Positions 12,491 to 26,420 of a stretch of 64,000 nucleotides of DNA are shown here, piece after piece. Position 1 is the stretch's first letter. Each line of letters opens with the position of its first letter. The notes under the pieces are model-generated. The model ran no database searches, was not told the DNA's origin, and saw nothing but the letters and a program-made list of their open reading frames with translations. The position numbers and the translations under genes were made by a program. This DNA is from Octopus sinensis (Eukaryota): positions 4,092,001 through 4,156,000 of the forward strand of contig NC_043017.1 in NCBI RefSeq assembly GCF_006345805.1, written 5' to 3'.

Positions 12491-13501
12491 CAGACAGACA
12501 CACAGACAGACAGATAGATGTAGGGCAGAAAATTGGGAACTCTGTTGATGTAGCAGCCTGGCTGTAGGTCACCACCATATATGGTATTACTGAGCAAGGA
12601 TAGTTACATTTGTCACAGTAATAGAGTGAAAGTGAGAGGGAGGGGGTTAGAAAGCGTGTGATGGGAGGAGTGAGAGAAGAGAAGGAGAAAGGGGGAGAAA
12701 AAGAAACACTGTCACAGAGGAACATGCAAACATAAAACGAGAGAGAGAAAGAGAGAGAGAGAGGAAGGAGCAGAAGTAAGATAATGAAGGAAAAGAAGAA
12801 GAATGAGGGGGGGCCAATACAAAAGAGAAGAAAGAGAGAGAGAGATAAAATAGGTGTTTATATGACATGGCTATACAGGAGGGTCATGGTATCCTACACA
12901 CACACATCTTACAGAGATACACACACACACACACACACACCACCACCACCACTTTTGCATAACAAATATGCAGGCACAAAAGTCAACATGGGAGCCTCCA
13001 CTGGTCTGCTAGAAATAGCAGCCAAAATAATCCTTGAATTGCACCTTAGCATAAAGGAGTCTCTGGACTATGTAGTCCCTTAATATGCAAGATGGTGAGA
13101 TGCTCAGTGGTTGGAATACCACTGATCATTGAGTTTGTGGATCAGTACTGACCTGGGGCTAAACAGCAACGACACTACTCCAAGCATCAACCACTCCAGC
13201 CCGAATGGAAGCTTCCAACTGACTACTCCGCTTGCTAGAAATAGCAGCTATATTCCCTACAGATCATAACCCTGGAATATATGATGGTCCTGTATACCTG
13301 AAAATTAGATGGAATGGTCATGGTTGAAAGGTTTTGATTATAAATATTGTAAAATAGCACCACCAAACACTAAGTGACCCATACATGTATGTGTGGGGAG
13401 GGAGAGGTCATGCAGGGAGTGGTGGTCAAGATGCAATGGTAAGGGTGGTAGCGGTGATAGTAATCATGCCGGTGGTGGTGGTGGTGGTGGTGGTGGTCAT
13501 T

Positions 13502-14079
13502 AACCCTTTTAATACCAATCCGGCTGAAACTGCCTCTGGCTCTGTAGTACAAATGATTTGTTTTCATTAAGTTTAGAATTAAAATCTTCCACCAAACCTT
13601 AGTCACAATTTATGTTCCTAACACCAACTTAACTAAGTTATGTTACTAAATTCTTTGTTACATTTAAAATTAATTGAAAGAAACACAGAGCAGGTTCAGT
13701 CCCACTGCGTGGCATCTTGGGCAAGTGTCTTCTGCTATAGCCCCGGGCCGACCAATGCCTTGTGAGTGGATTTGGTAGACAGAAACTGAAAGAAGCCTGT
13801 CGCATATATGTATATATATATATATATGTGTGTGTTTGTGTTTGTCCCCCTAGCATTGCTTGACAACCAATGCTGGTGTGTTTACGTCCCCGTCACTTAG
13901 CGGTTCAGCAAAAGAGACCGATAGAATAAGTACTGGGCTTACAAAGAATAAATCTCGGGGTCGATTTGATCGACTAAAGGTGGTGCTCCAGCATGGCCGC
14001 AGTCAAATGACTGAAACAAGTAAAAGAGAAAGAGAAAACACAGAGCATCTCAAAATAAATACGGTAACAAAAGGGTTAA
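13502..14079. mobile_element. TTAA MITE (family 2) containing a SINE B; another copy at about 18388-18618
   Basis: ttaacccttt...aaagggttaa ends; internal sequence matches 49764-49930. Confidence 0.75.
13693..14036 (+). mobile_element. 5'-truncated SINE family B nested in a TTAA MITE, with TSD
   Basis: aacacagagca is duplicated on both sides (about 13682-13692 and 14037-14047), and the host MITE sequence resumes after it. Confidence 0.8.
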
Positions 14080-14529
14080 GGAATAGCTGAAGGATGGTGA
14101 GAACATAAGGAAAATATTTTGCAATATTTTTTCTGATTTTAAGACAGAATTTTAAGACCGGCAGAATCACAAACACACGGGGGAAAATGCTTACTTTTTA
14201 CTCTTTTACTTGTTTCAGTCATTTGACTGCAGCCATGCTGGAGCACCACCTTTAGTCGAGCAAATCGACCCCGGGACTTATTCTTTGTAAGCCTAGTACT
14301 TATTCTATCGGTCTCTTTTGCCGAACCGCTAAGTGACGGGGATGGTAAACAAACCAGCATCAGTTGTCAAGCGATGTTGGGGGGACAAACACAGACACAC
14401 AAACAGACACACAGAAGAGACCGACAGAATAATTATTAGGTTTACACAGAATAATTCCTGATGTTGATTTGCTCGACTAAAGGCGGTGCTCCAGCATGGC
14501 CACAGTCAAATGAATGAAACAAGTAAAAG

Positions 14530-14865
<336 letters not shown>

Positions 14866-15129
14866 AGACTATATTTTATTTTTGATTTGGTCAACGATTA
14901 TTGAAACAGTTGCAAGATGCAATGAAAATTTTAGGAAAAATAACTACAGGAGTGGAAACTAAACCAGTGAGTGTGTTAAATAATAAGGCACTAAAAGAGA
15001 ATGACTCTCCCCAGACACAACAGTATACATATATATATATATGTATGTATGTATGTATATATATATATATATTCATATAAATACATATAAATATATATAT
15101 ATACACGTAAATGTATATACACACACACA

Positions 15130-15131
15130 CA

Positions 15132-15164
<33 letters not shown>

Positions 15165-15592
15165 AATGAATAAATATGTCTATCTACCTATATTATGTAT
15201 GCATGTATATGTTATGTTATGTTGCAACAGTGGATGGTGCACAAGCTGGGATCCTCGACGGGTGTCGGATGTAAGGATTCTGCAGGTCATCAACCCTGCA
15301 AAGCTTACAGCATGCTGGGCATCACAAGGGCCTGTAGGTTAGGGGCCATGAAGTTGCTTTAAAGTGGCTATGGAGTAGTCACTGTAAGCCCTGGGAAGAT
15401 TCATATGTTACCCAAGGTAGTGCTAACTGGACACAGGTCCCCTGGATAAAGGTGCCTAGGTCAGCTGGATAAAGCTAAGTGACCATTGAAAGATCAAAAT
15501 CACACCCAATGACTAACTGATTGACAGACAGATAGATAGATATAGATGCACATATTTTTATTATATATGTACACAGACACACACACATATAT

Positions 15593-15659
<67 letters not shown>

Positions 15660-15747
15660 TGAGAGGGGAGAGAGAAAAAGAGAGAGACAGACAGACAGAA
15701 AGAGAAACATTTGTATGCACACACTTATATATGCACACACACGCACA

Positions 15748-15780
<33 letters not shown>

Positions 15781-16206
15781 AATGAATAAATATGTCTATC
15801 TACCTATATTATGTATGCATGTATATGTTATGTTATGTTGCAACAGTGGATGGTGCACAAGCTGGGATCCTCGACGGGTGTCGGATGTAAGGATTCTGCA
15901 GGTCATCAACCCTGCAAAGCTTACAGCATGCTGGGCATCACAAGGGCCTGTAGGTTAGGGGCCATGAAGTTGCTTTAAAGTGGCTATGGAGTAGTCACTG
16001 TAAGCCCTGGGAAGATTCATATGTTACCCAGGTAGTGCTAACTGGACACAGGTCCCCTGGATAAAGGTGCCTAGGTCAGCTGGATAAAGCTAAGTGACCA
16101 TTGAAAGATCAAAATCACACCCAATGACTAACTGATTGACAGACAGATAGATAGATATAGATGCACATATTTTTATTATATATGTACACAGACACACACA
16201 CATATA

Positions 16207-16273
<67 letters not shown>

Positions 16274-16361
16274 TGAGAGGGGAGAGAGAAAAAGAGAGAG
16301 ACAGACAGACAGAAAGAGAAACATTTGTATGCACACACTTATATATGCACACACACGCACA

Positions 16362-16380
<19 letters not shown>
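15130..16380. repeat. Tandem direct duplication, offset about 616 bp, with (TA)n at the junctions
   Basis: aaatgaataaatatgtc starts at 15164 and 15780; the unique parts are identical apart from about one 1-bp indel and microsatellite lengths. Confidence 0.92.
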
Positions 16381-16399
<19 letters not shown>

Positions 16400-16582
16400 A
16401 TATATATATATATATAATTATCATCATCATTTAACGTCCATTGTCCACATAACATACATATACACACAGACACACACATTATAATATATATCATCATCAT
16501 CGTTTAACATCCACTTTCCATGCTAGCATGCGTTGGACGATTTGACTGAGGACTGGCAAACCAGATGGCTGCACCAGGCTCC

Positions 16583-16653
<71 letters not shown>

Positions 16654-16769
16654 CAACAAGCTTCTTTCAGTTTCCCTCTACCAAATCCACTCACAAGGCT
16701 TTTTGTCAGCCCAGACACTTGCCCAAGGTGCCAAGCAGTGGGACTGAACATGGAACCACATGTTTGGGA

Positions 16770-17016
16770 AGCACAATTATATTTCGGCTTTATTTCAACA
16801 AATTTTATTCTACAAAAACAATAACAACATGTAACAAAAACATCTTCAAATGATTATTCCGGAGCATATTCACCATCCACTTCAATTACTGCTTCCCATT
16901 TGCTTGGCAGACGGTCAAAACCGTCATTTAAAGATGTTTTTGGTAAATATTGTTATTGATTTTGTAGAATAGAATTTATTGCAAAAAAGCTGCAATAATT
17001 ATGCACCAACCTAATA
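16770..17016 (-). mobile_element. Mariner-derived MITE with transposase C-terminal remnant
   Basis: Minus strand encodes ...NDGFDRLPSKWEAVIEVDGEYAPE*; long imperfect terminal inverted repeats, right end ...gcaccaacctaaTA. Confidence 0.7.
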
Positions 17017-17561
17017 TATATAAATATATACGTATTTATATATTATCTAAAGCTTTAAAACAATAGTGACTTGAGAAAGACAGAGAAAGAGAGAGAAAGT
17101 GATTTGGCTGCTATTTCTAGTAAGTCAAGCAACCACATAGAGGCTCATTGGAGTATTTTTTTCTTTTTTCTTTTTCTTTTTTTTTTTTGTTATCAGGGTA
17201 GAGCTTGGAATGTTGTGTGGGTTGATCTCTTATGAATGTGCAGTGAAGCTAAGAAGGGGGTGGACGAGAGAGAGACACGGACAGACAGACAGACAGACAG
17301 ACAGACAGCATGGTAGTCAATGAGGACTTGATCGACGACTTTATACAGGTATTTCTGTCAATACAGGACACCTATGAGAGAAGGAGGAGGAGGAGGTGGA
17401 GGAGGGGGGAAAATCAAGGTTTGCGTATGTGTACGTTACATGTGTGCGTGCATGCATGTGTGTGTGTGTGTGTGTGTACGTGTGCATAACTGTAGAACAA
17501 ATGCATAATTTTACTCTGTATGTATGTGCATAAGTATTTATAGATCTACAATGCACACATT

Positions 17562-17597
<36 letters not shown>

Positions 17598-20500
17598 GTT
17601 GCAAATGAGTATATACTCATATACTCCCTGTGTGTGTGTGTGTGTGTGTGTAATATATTAATTTCGTTTTACATATAAATAAGTATACACCCATAATTTG
17701 TATAGTCACATATGCACATATATTCCATGTGTGTGTGTGTGTACACAAAGATGTATAGATGTGTCTATGTATGTGTATATGTAAAGATATATGTGTGTGT
17801 GTGTGTGCGTGCATATGTATGTGTGTGTGTGCATATATGTAAACAAGTGTATCTATGTACACACGCAGACACACATTCAAAGTGTGGGAGAGTCAAGTGC
17901 ATATCTTTTGTAATGAAAATCCACTACTTGTAGGTGACCACCACTACCAGTTGTGGGGGTGTGGGAACTGGATTATCTAAACCTTCATGTTTTTACACTA
18001 AGCCAAAATAACTAAAACTAGAAATTTGAATTTTTTTTCCTAACTCAATTCTAATTTTTATCAAGTCCATAGATGATAACCTTCAGCTTTATGAGGTCTG
18101 GGGCTCAATTGCATCGTGTTGCACCTTTCCGTCACAGGTTCCAGCCTCTTCTGCAGTGTGATGATGGCGTTCATGCCTTCACCCTCTGGCATTCAGATTA
18201 TTCTATTAAATGTAATGCTTATTTATTAACATTGTTTTTGAATTAATCATGAATTATCTTGTAGCTTCAGGTGGTTGACGATGTGGTAGTTTACTTTTAA
18301 AGGTGACATTGTAGACTAAGTGTGAGAGGCCAGATTTAGCCATTTGAACATAAAATAGATGGAATATTTTGGCTGGATATGGCCAAACTAACCCTTTCGT
18401 TACTCTATTTATTTTGAGATGCCCTGTGTTTCTTTTAATTAATTTTAAATATAACAAAGATTTTAGTAAAATAACTTAGTTATTATTAAGCTAGTGTTAG
18501 GAACATAAATTGTGACTAAGGTTTGGTGGAAGATTTTAATTCAAAACTTATGAAAACAAGACATTTGTACTACAGGGTCAGAGGCGGTTTCAGGCGGGTT
18601 GATATCAGAAGGGTTAAATGCTAAGGGTTAATGACCCTGAGAGCCATATCAGCAGAATCCAAGTTCTTCATAGGGCCTCCCGTGCTAGACAGGTCAAAGG
18701 ATAGAAGCCAGATTAATATGGATCACCTCTTCCCAGAGGTAAAAATGGGTTTATATAGGGCTAATACTCCACTTTGAAATGATTGCAATTCAAAGCTAAC
18801 AAGCCTTGGGAGAGGAAGTCCTTCCCTCAAGGAGGCAGGATACTGAGGCAGAGCTGTAAATGCAGGGGTCAGACTGGAGAGAAGCAGAAAAGATAACAAA
18901 GAGTTGAGAACAGTGGAGAAAAGTTGTCAATAGCCTATGCTCTATAGGGAACAAAGGGTTTAAAGCAAAAACAAGGGCCTTCCTCTACCAAGTCCTGCTG
19001 ATTTTGAATTACCACCAGTACTTCTCTAACTTCACTGTTTTTCTAAATAGGTGTGTTGGCCCTATGCAAACCCCTGGGAAGAAGTGGTCCACATTAGTAT
19101 GGCTGCTCTAAGGTGGTGAGCCAGTAGAACTGCTAGCATGAGGAGCAAAATGGTTAGTGGCATTTCATCCATCCTTATGTTCTGAGCTCAAATTCCACAA
19201 AGGACAACTTTGCCTTTCATCCTTTTGGGGTTGATAAAATAAGAACCAGCTGAGCACAGGGGTCGAGGTAACTGACTTACTCCTCCCCCAAAATTGCTGG
19301 CCTTGTGCCAAAATTTGAAGCCAATATTAGTCTGGTTGCTCTACTTTGACCTGTCCAGCATGGGAGGCCCTGCCAGAAGCTTGCACTCCACTGAAATCGC
19401 TCTCAAGGTCATTGGGACATACAAGGCAACACACCACAAGAACTGAACCTTGTGGTAGCCTGACTTAGCTGACCTAAGACCAAAACCATCCTATCCTTAT
19501 TATTCTGATCTAGTGTATGCAAGACTACATTACTCAAGGTACATTTCCACTTTAAGAGAGTAGGATCTAATAAGGTTGCTATTTGAAGAAGGACAAGTAG
19601 TTGCCATAGTAGTAGATGTAGTTGATGATGATGTTTAGCTGGAGATCTGCCCTTATCTGAAAAGACTTATGCTCAAAGACACCCCAGTAGTAACCATCCT
19701 ACTTTTTAAAATTTTTTATTCACACATATCATAACACTACATTCTCCAATGTGTCCTTTCTTTTGTTAAGACAGCAGGGAGTGATTTTCAGGTTAAGCAA
19801 CCTTAGGGGGGTTCCCCTTGGATGGGCCTTTATTGAATTCTAGCTTAATGTATTGGCAAACAAAGAGAGAAAATCCACACCTTTAAACATTCAGACAGTA
19901 GATAATGTAGGCCTAAATACATTATGCCATTTCACTTTTTCTTTTAAAACAGTATGGCATGATTTGGTTTCTGTTTCTGCTAGGTCAAGCAATTACAGAG
20001 ACAGTTTCTTTTCTCTCGCTCTTTACCTATCTATCCACCTACCTACCTATCTACCTACCTACCTATTTACCTATCTAGCTCATAGCTCCCTGTCGTACAG
20101 ATAATGTGTAGGTAGACAAGGGAGAGACCCACACCTTTAATCAAATAATGTATCTTAATAGCAATATTTTGTGAGGTTTCCTCTAAATATTACAAAATAT
20201 GTCAAAAACCACTCCTTGCTTATAAAATAAATACTGGAAGAGAAAAAAACCCTGTTGTATTTAATATGGCCTATGAACTCAACTCACCTCCCCACCCAGT
20301 TTTGGCCCTCTCGATTTTCTTTCACAATGACATGCACGCACACATACATGTGCACTGACAATAACACAAACACTGACTTTAATACATGTACACACACACA
20401 CACAAAGTAACACTAGCACTCACATATGTACGAGTACACTATCTGTTTACAAGTTAATACAAAACATGAGCTTTCAACAGAGTCTACAGAACCTCACATG

Positions 20501-20779
20501 TAATACAATAAGCTGAAAAACCTCTGCTTAGTCAAGATTGTCAGTGCATTGAGTGGGCAAAACCCCTTCAAGAGTTGTTTATATCTAAATCTAAAAACAA
20601 CAAGCAAAGAGGATCACCCCAATGACATCAAACAAAACACATAAAGACAATGCAACCAGGGGTGAATCTTATCTTTGAAGTCAACGATTATGGTAGATGT
20701 TGTATGGGCCCAGGTCAGTTCTGATCCAACAGAACTATAACCAAAGGCATTCCAGCTGTGACCATCATGTATTTTGGTA

Positions 20780-21001
20780 CATCAGGGGGTTGCTGAAAAG
20801 TTCTTGGCTTTAAGGGTATCGCAAAAGGCCAGATTGGAGTCCAAACCTTCTGAGTTCTTTCACAGGGCTCATAAAAATGGAAAGACCACTGCAATAAGTG
20901 TGTGACCCTGAGACGAGAATATGTTGAATAAAATCATAATTAACTGATCTTCCTGTATTTTCTTTTACTCAAAGCCAGGAACTTTTCATCACCCCCTCAT
21001 G
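20780..21001 (+). mobile_element. Mariner-type MITE
   Basis: TIRs TA-catcagggggttgctgaaaagttc / gaacttttcatcaccccctcatg-TA; interior resembles a decayed mariner C-terminus. A partial relative lies at about 34700-34790. Confidence 0.65.
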
Positions 21002-23819
21002 TATAGAGCACTATTTGAGTGATATTTGACAGCTATTTCTAGCATGTCACATGACCACACAGAAGGCCCCATGTTGTGGGTTCGAATCTCAGACAGGGCG
21101 ATTTGTGTGTTTATGAGCGAAACACCTAAGCTCCACGCGGCTCTGGCAGAAATTAATGGCGAACTTCTGCTGACTCTTTCGCCACAACTTTCTCTCTCTT
21201 TCCTCCAGCATCTAGCAGCTCACCTGCGAGGGACTGGCGTTCCGTCCAGGTGGGGAACCTATATGCCAAAGAAACCAGGAAACCGGTCCTTATGAGCCAG
21301 GCGTGGCTCGAGACAGAACAAACAACTTCATTAGACGGTGAGCTGGCAGAATCATTAGCGTGCTGGATGAAATGCTTAGCGGTATTTCGCCTGTCACTAC
21401 GTTCTGAGTTCAAATTTCGCTGAGGTTGACTTTGCCTTTCATCCTTTCAGCATCGATAAATTAAGTACCAGTTGTGTACTGAGGTCGATCTAATCAACTG
21501 GACCCCCTCCCCACAAATTTCAGACCTTGTGCCTAGAGTGGAAAGGATTATTATTAGTTACTTTACTATTTAAAATCTATCTCTTTATTAGGTTAAATAC
21601 TAAATTATTTAATTACAACCTGCCATAAAAGGAGATATAGCTGTAGGTTTGAAAGTGAGAGGGGGAGAGAAACGAGGTTCACAAGACAAACAGAACCAAA
21701 GATAATCTTTTTAATTCGTTAAAAATGTGGAAGAGAAAGAACTGAGACGACCTTCCTGAATTGTTGTTGTTGTTGTTGTGTTGGTGATGGTGGTGTTGGT
21801 GGTGGTGGTAGTGCTGGTGCTGATGCTGGTGGTGCTGGCGGTGGTACTGGTGTCAGCAAAGTATTAGTAGTGCTGGTTCAATGTTGTTGTCTAGCCTTGA
21901 GTTGGCTCTGAGAAGAGCTACGATCAAAGGCACTCCACCCATGACCATCTTACTTTTGCTCGTTTTGTTGATTTTTTATTGTCTTTTTGTTTGCAAAACA
22001 GTGTACCAATGGACCAGATTTAGTACAAGCTCCATCCATAACTCAAAAGCCCTCAAAAACCTTCCAACTATGACCCTCCAACAATATAATACTGACCAAT
22101 GCGTCGTTTCGTTTTGTTAGACAGTATAGTATAATTTGGGAGATTTAGCTACTATTTCTATTGAGTAAAAGCTCCTTCTTTGTCCCTAAATCTACAAGTC
22201 ATTGTTGCTGTTTGACTCCCAGGTCAGTCCTCAAAAATGTTCCCAATATGACCATTCCATTTATGACATAGTTCAATGCTCTGTTTCACTTTGTAAATGA
22301 TAGTGAATGATTTGAGGAAGATTTAGCTGCTATTTCAATATGACGGGTCAAGTAACTAATACAATCAGTCGCAATTGGTTCATAAGAAATCGCAGTAATT
22401 TGATAAAATGGTATTTTTTTCTGAGAGCAGGCATGGCCGTGTGGTTAAGAAGTTTGGCTTCCCGTCCACATGGTTTCAAGTTCAAGCCCAGTGTGTGACA
22501 TCTTTGGCAAGTGTCTTTTAAGACTATAGCACTGAACCAACCAAAGCCACATGAGTGAATTTGGTCGATGGAAACTGAAAGAAGCCCATCATTGTGTGTG
22601 TGTGTGTGTGTGTGTGCATGTGTGTGTGTGTGTGTGCGTGCGTGTTCATAAGTGCATCTAGGACTACACTGTGCAGTGTTATCTTCCGTTTTTAATAGAA
22701 TAGGGTATGATTCAAGGATAGATATCACTGCTATTTTTAGGAGGCCAAGCAACCTATGTGGAGGTTCCTCCATTGGCTTGTGGTTCTCATATCATGGTGA
22801 TGGTGATGATGATGATATAGTTATTGTTTAACCCCAGTTCACCTCGAAACCAAGTAAGGACAGTTATGATTCAAAAGTGACTCAGCTGTCGCTACCCAGA
22901 TTTTGTGTTTATTTAGGACTACACAGTCCAATCAGAACCCTTCTTTCTGAAAGACAGTAAGGTGTGATACAAAGGGAGATTTAGCTACTGTTCCTTGCAG
23001 GACAGGCAGCAGAGACACACAGACGCTTAGACGCTGCACTTACTCCTACAAAAGAAGTTTACGCTAATGACGATGGAAAACTCTAGTTTACAGCCATGAG
23101 ATCACGCCACCTTTTGAGGTGGAGGTGGCGGTGGTGGTGGTGGTGGTGGTGGTGGAGGTGGTGGAGATGGTGGTGGTGCAACAGAGTTAAACAATGCATA
23201 TTTCAAAGGGTGTGTCAACTTGTGCAAAGTTCACACGTACAACTGAAATGGTAGATAGCCAGGGGAAGAAGGGAGGGTTTTAGTAGAAGGAAGACAGTGG
23301 GTAGAAGGGACTTTTTTCTCTTTCTTTTTTTTCCTTTTTTTTCTTTTTTTTTCGTATTTTGTGTTTTGTATAAATTTATGCAATGTAACGTGCCGAAATA
23401 GCTGCGGTGAAAATAAACAAACTACTTAAAGATTTCAAATATCAAAACATTAAAAATCTTTAAACCACAATGAGAGTTTTCACCAAAGAATTTGAAGCAT
23501 TTACAAGTTGTTGTCGTCGTTGTTTTTTTATTTTTATTTTATTTTATTTTATTTTATATCTTGCAATTTGTGAACACTAATAACGTCAGTTATAGGTTTT
23601 CAAAAGGCTAATTATCGGTTCACTGCGTTTTCCAGTGGGAAAATGACAAGAAGGGGGCTGTCAGTGCAACTTGGTGAGCAAAACAAACACCTAAAAGAAT
23701 TTTCCAATCTGTTCAAAAGCACCTTGCTCCGGGTCAGCCCTGATTCACCAGACCTATGACTAAAAGCATTCCAACCATGACCATGTTAACCTTTATTTTA
23801 TTTTATTTCAATTCATTTT

Positions 23820-24183
23820 AAGGTACAGTGTACTCCTAAATGTATTGAAGGTACAGTGTACTCCTAAATGTATTAAAGGTACAGTGTACTCCTAAATGTA
23901 TTAAAGGTACAGTGTACTCCTAAATGTATTAAAGGTACAGTGTACTCCTAAATGTATTAAAGGTACAGTGTACTCCTAAATGTATTAAAGGTACAGTGTA
24001 CTCCTAAATGTATTGAAGGTACAGTGTACTCCTAAATGTATTAAAGGTACAGTGTACTCCTAAATGTATTAAAGGTACAGTGTACTCCTAAATGTATTGA
24101 AGGTACAGTGTACTCCTAAATGTATTAAAGGTACAGTGTACTCCTAAATGTATTAAAGGTACAGTGTACTCCTAAATGTATTA
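23820..24183. repeat. 28-bp minisatellite, 13 units (aaggtacagtgtactcctaaatgtattR)
   Basis: 364 bp is exactly 13 units; the only variation is the last base (G in units 1, 7 and 10). Confidence 0.95.
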
Positions 24184-24369
24184 CTGAATCTCTCTGGCCT
24201 TTTGTTTTTTGGGATTTTTTTGGAATGGTAGAAAGTAGTTTGACATTTTAAACCAACTGAGCTCCAGTGGTTTGTACTTTAATTCTTACCTCCTGTCTAA
24301 CAGAATGGTTGCTGTTTATCCCCAAGGTCTGGTCCTTATTGTTGTGCTGGTTTGCGTGCCACAAGGACC

Positions 24370-24755
24370 CTAATAACTCAACCAGTATAGCGCAAGCTTC
24401 TGATCAGGGCCTCCAATACTAAACAGGTCAGGGACCAGACTAATATGGACCACCTCTTCTCAGGGGTAAAAATGATTTTGCATAGAGCCAATACCCCTAC
24501 CTAGTAAAAAAAATGCATCGGTGGCGGTTCAAAACCAACAAGCCCTGGGAGAGGAAGGCTTCCCACCAAGGTAAGAGATGGCATAGGGCATCAAAAATTT
24601 TTTCAGATATTCTTAAAGGAATAGCTGAAAACAGAATACTAAGGCAGGGCTGAAAAAGCAGGGGTCCAAATGGAGAGAAGTAGAAATGACAGCTCAAAGT
24701 CGAGAACAATGGAGAAAAGTCAGCAATGGTCTTTACTCCAAAGGGCTTAAATAAG
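24370..24755 (+). mobile_element. Element with an RTE-LINE 3' tail (related copy at about 18630-18965)
   Basis: The tail encodes LKKQGSKWREVEMTAQSREQWRKVSNGLYSKGLK*, matching the RTE W....A..R..WR C-terminus. The upstream part is shared with 18630-18965. Confidence 0.6.
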
Positions 24756-26239
24756 AAGTAAATGAGCCTCGGGTCAGCCCAAATCTAGCAAATCTATGCT
24801 CACAGATGTTCTAGATGTGATAATGTCTTTTTGTATACTTAAAAATCATCATCATCATCATTTAACGTCCATTGTCCATTCTGTCATGGGCTGGACGGTT
24901 TGACCGGGCTGGCACACTGGAAGGCTGCACACATTACAAAATGTAGACCACCCGTTTTTGTGATTTGGAGAGGATGGAAATTTAGTGTTACTTTTAGCAG
25001 ATAGAATGACCATTCTATAGCAACTCCCCCTTTTGGGCCTTTGATTCATGCTTAACACGGTGGTGGTGGCGGCGGCAGTGGTGGTGGTGGTGGTGCTGGT
25101 GGTCTTGGTGTCTAGGGTATTTGGCTCACAATTGTAAGGTTGTGAATTATAATATTCAGCTTTGTGTTGTGTTCTGGAGCAAGGTGCTTTGTTTCACATT
25201 GCTCCAGTTCACTCACCTGGCAAAAATGAATTGTATCCGTATTTCAAAAGGGCCAGCCTCCTCACATTCTGTGTCGCATTGAATTTCCCTGAGAACCACA
25301 TTAAGGGTACATGTGTACACTGGTTGAGTGCTCAGCCACTTGCACATTAATTTCAAGTGACAGTCTGTTCCACAGATCAAATCACCTGGAACCCTCATCA
25401 TCGTAACGGATGGAATGCCAGTTTAGCAATGACTGAGTAAACACAGAATGATCAATATTCCAATGATGCTTATCCTACTCTTTCCCTGGGCACAGTACAA
25501 CTATGACCACATTAGCCAATGAACCCTTCATTTTTTTTTTTAGAAAAAAAAGGTGTTAAGTTGTGGTACGAAGGAGATTTACCTGATAAGGTGTGACATG
25601 AGGGGCACTGGGGACTTGGTTGCTATTTATAGATAGTAAAGCTAATTTCAGCAAAATTTCACACCTATTTCTATAATGTATAATGTGATTTAAGAGAGAT
25701 TTGACTGCTTTTTCTAGAATATTAGGGGTGATTTGAAAGAGATTTGGTTGTTATTTTTAAATGGTAAGATGCAATTTGAGAGAGATTTGGCTCCAATTTC
25801 TAACCATTAAAGTGAAAATTAAGGAAAATTTGGCTGCCATTTCCAGCAAGATGAATGACCATGCAGGGAAATGTGGGCAAACGTTACGTAAATAAGAAAG
25901 TAAATTATATTCAAAGGGATTGGTTCTAGAACAGAAATGACAAGGTGAGCCGAAATGTTTTATCAGCTGAAGTCGTAAAATTTGACACCAACAAAAACAT
26001 GGATAGCAGTTTTGAGGAATTCAAGTTGTGGTTATTAATGACGCATGAAAGATTAAAGGAATTCATGCTCCAAACATTCATTTCTTGGCAACAATTTTTG
26101 AATGGTTGAATCACAAAAACACATGAATAATTTCCAACTTATTTTTTCCAATAGAACAGTGGTTCCCAATCTGGGGTCCACTGACCCTTGGTGGTCCGCA
26201 AAAGTAGTGCTGGGGGTCCTTGAACTAAATTCAAAATTT

Positions 26240-26277
<38 letters not shown>

Positions 26278-26327
26278 ATTGGTGAATTGAAGAAATGGAG
26301 CTGAACGCAGATTGAACAGAATCGTTT

Positions 26328-26420
26328 TATTTCATTCTACACGTGTTTCGAAAGGCACAAATTCCAAAATCCGATTGAATAATGGGACCATATTGGTGTC
26401 TTTCTCTTCAGGAAGAAAAA
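26328..26420 (-). ncRNA. Type I hammerhead ribozyme motif, second copy, sense to the GTF3C5 pre-mRNA
   Basis: Minus strand reads ttcttcCTGAAGAgaaagacac...gtgcctttcGAAAcacgtgTAgaatgaaa with core residues intact. Predicted cut between 26338 and 26337. Confidence 0.7.

Noticed and set aside
23820-24183. CRISPR-like array of 28-bp repeats
   Set aside because: No spacers (units abut directly), eukaryotic context and no cas genes; it is a minisatellite.
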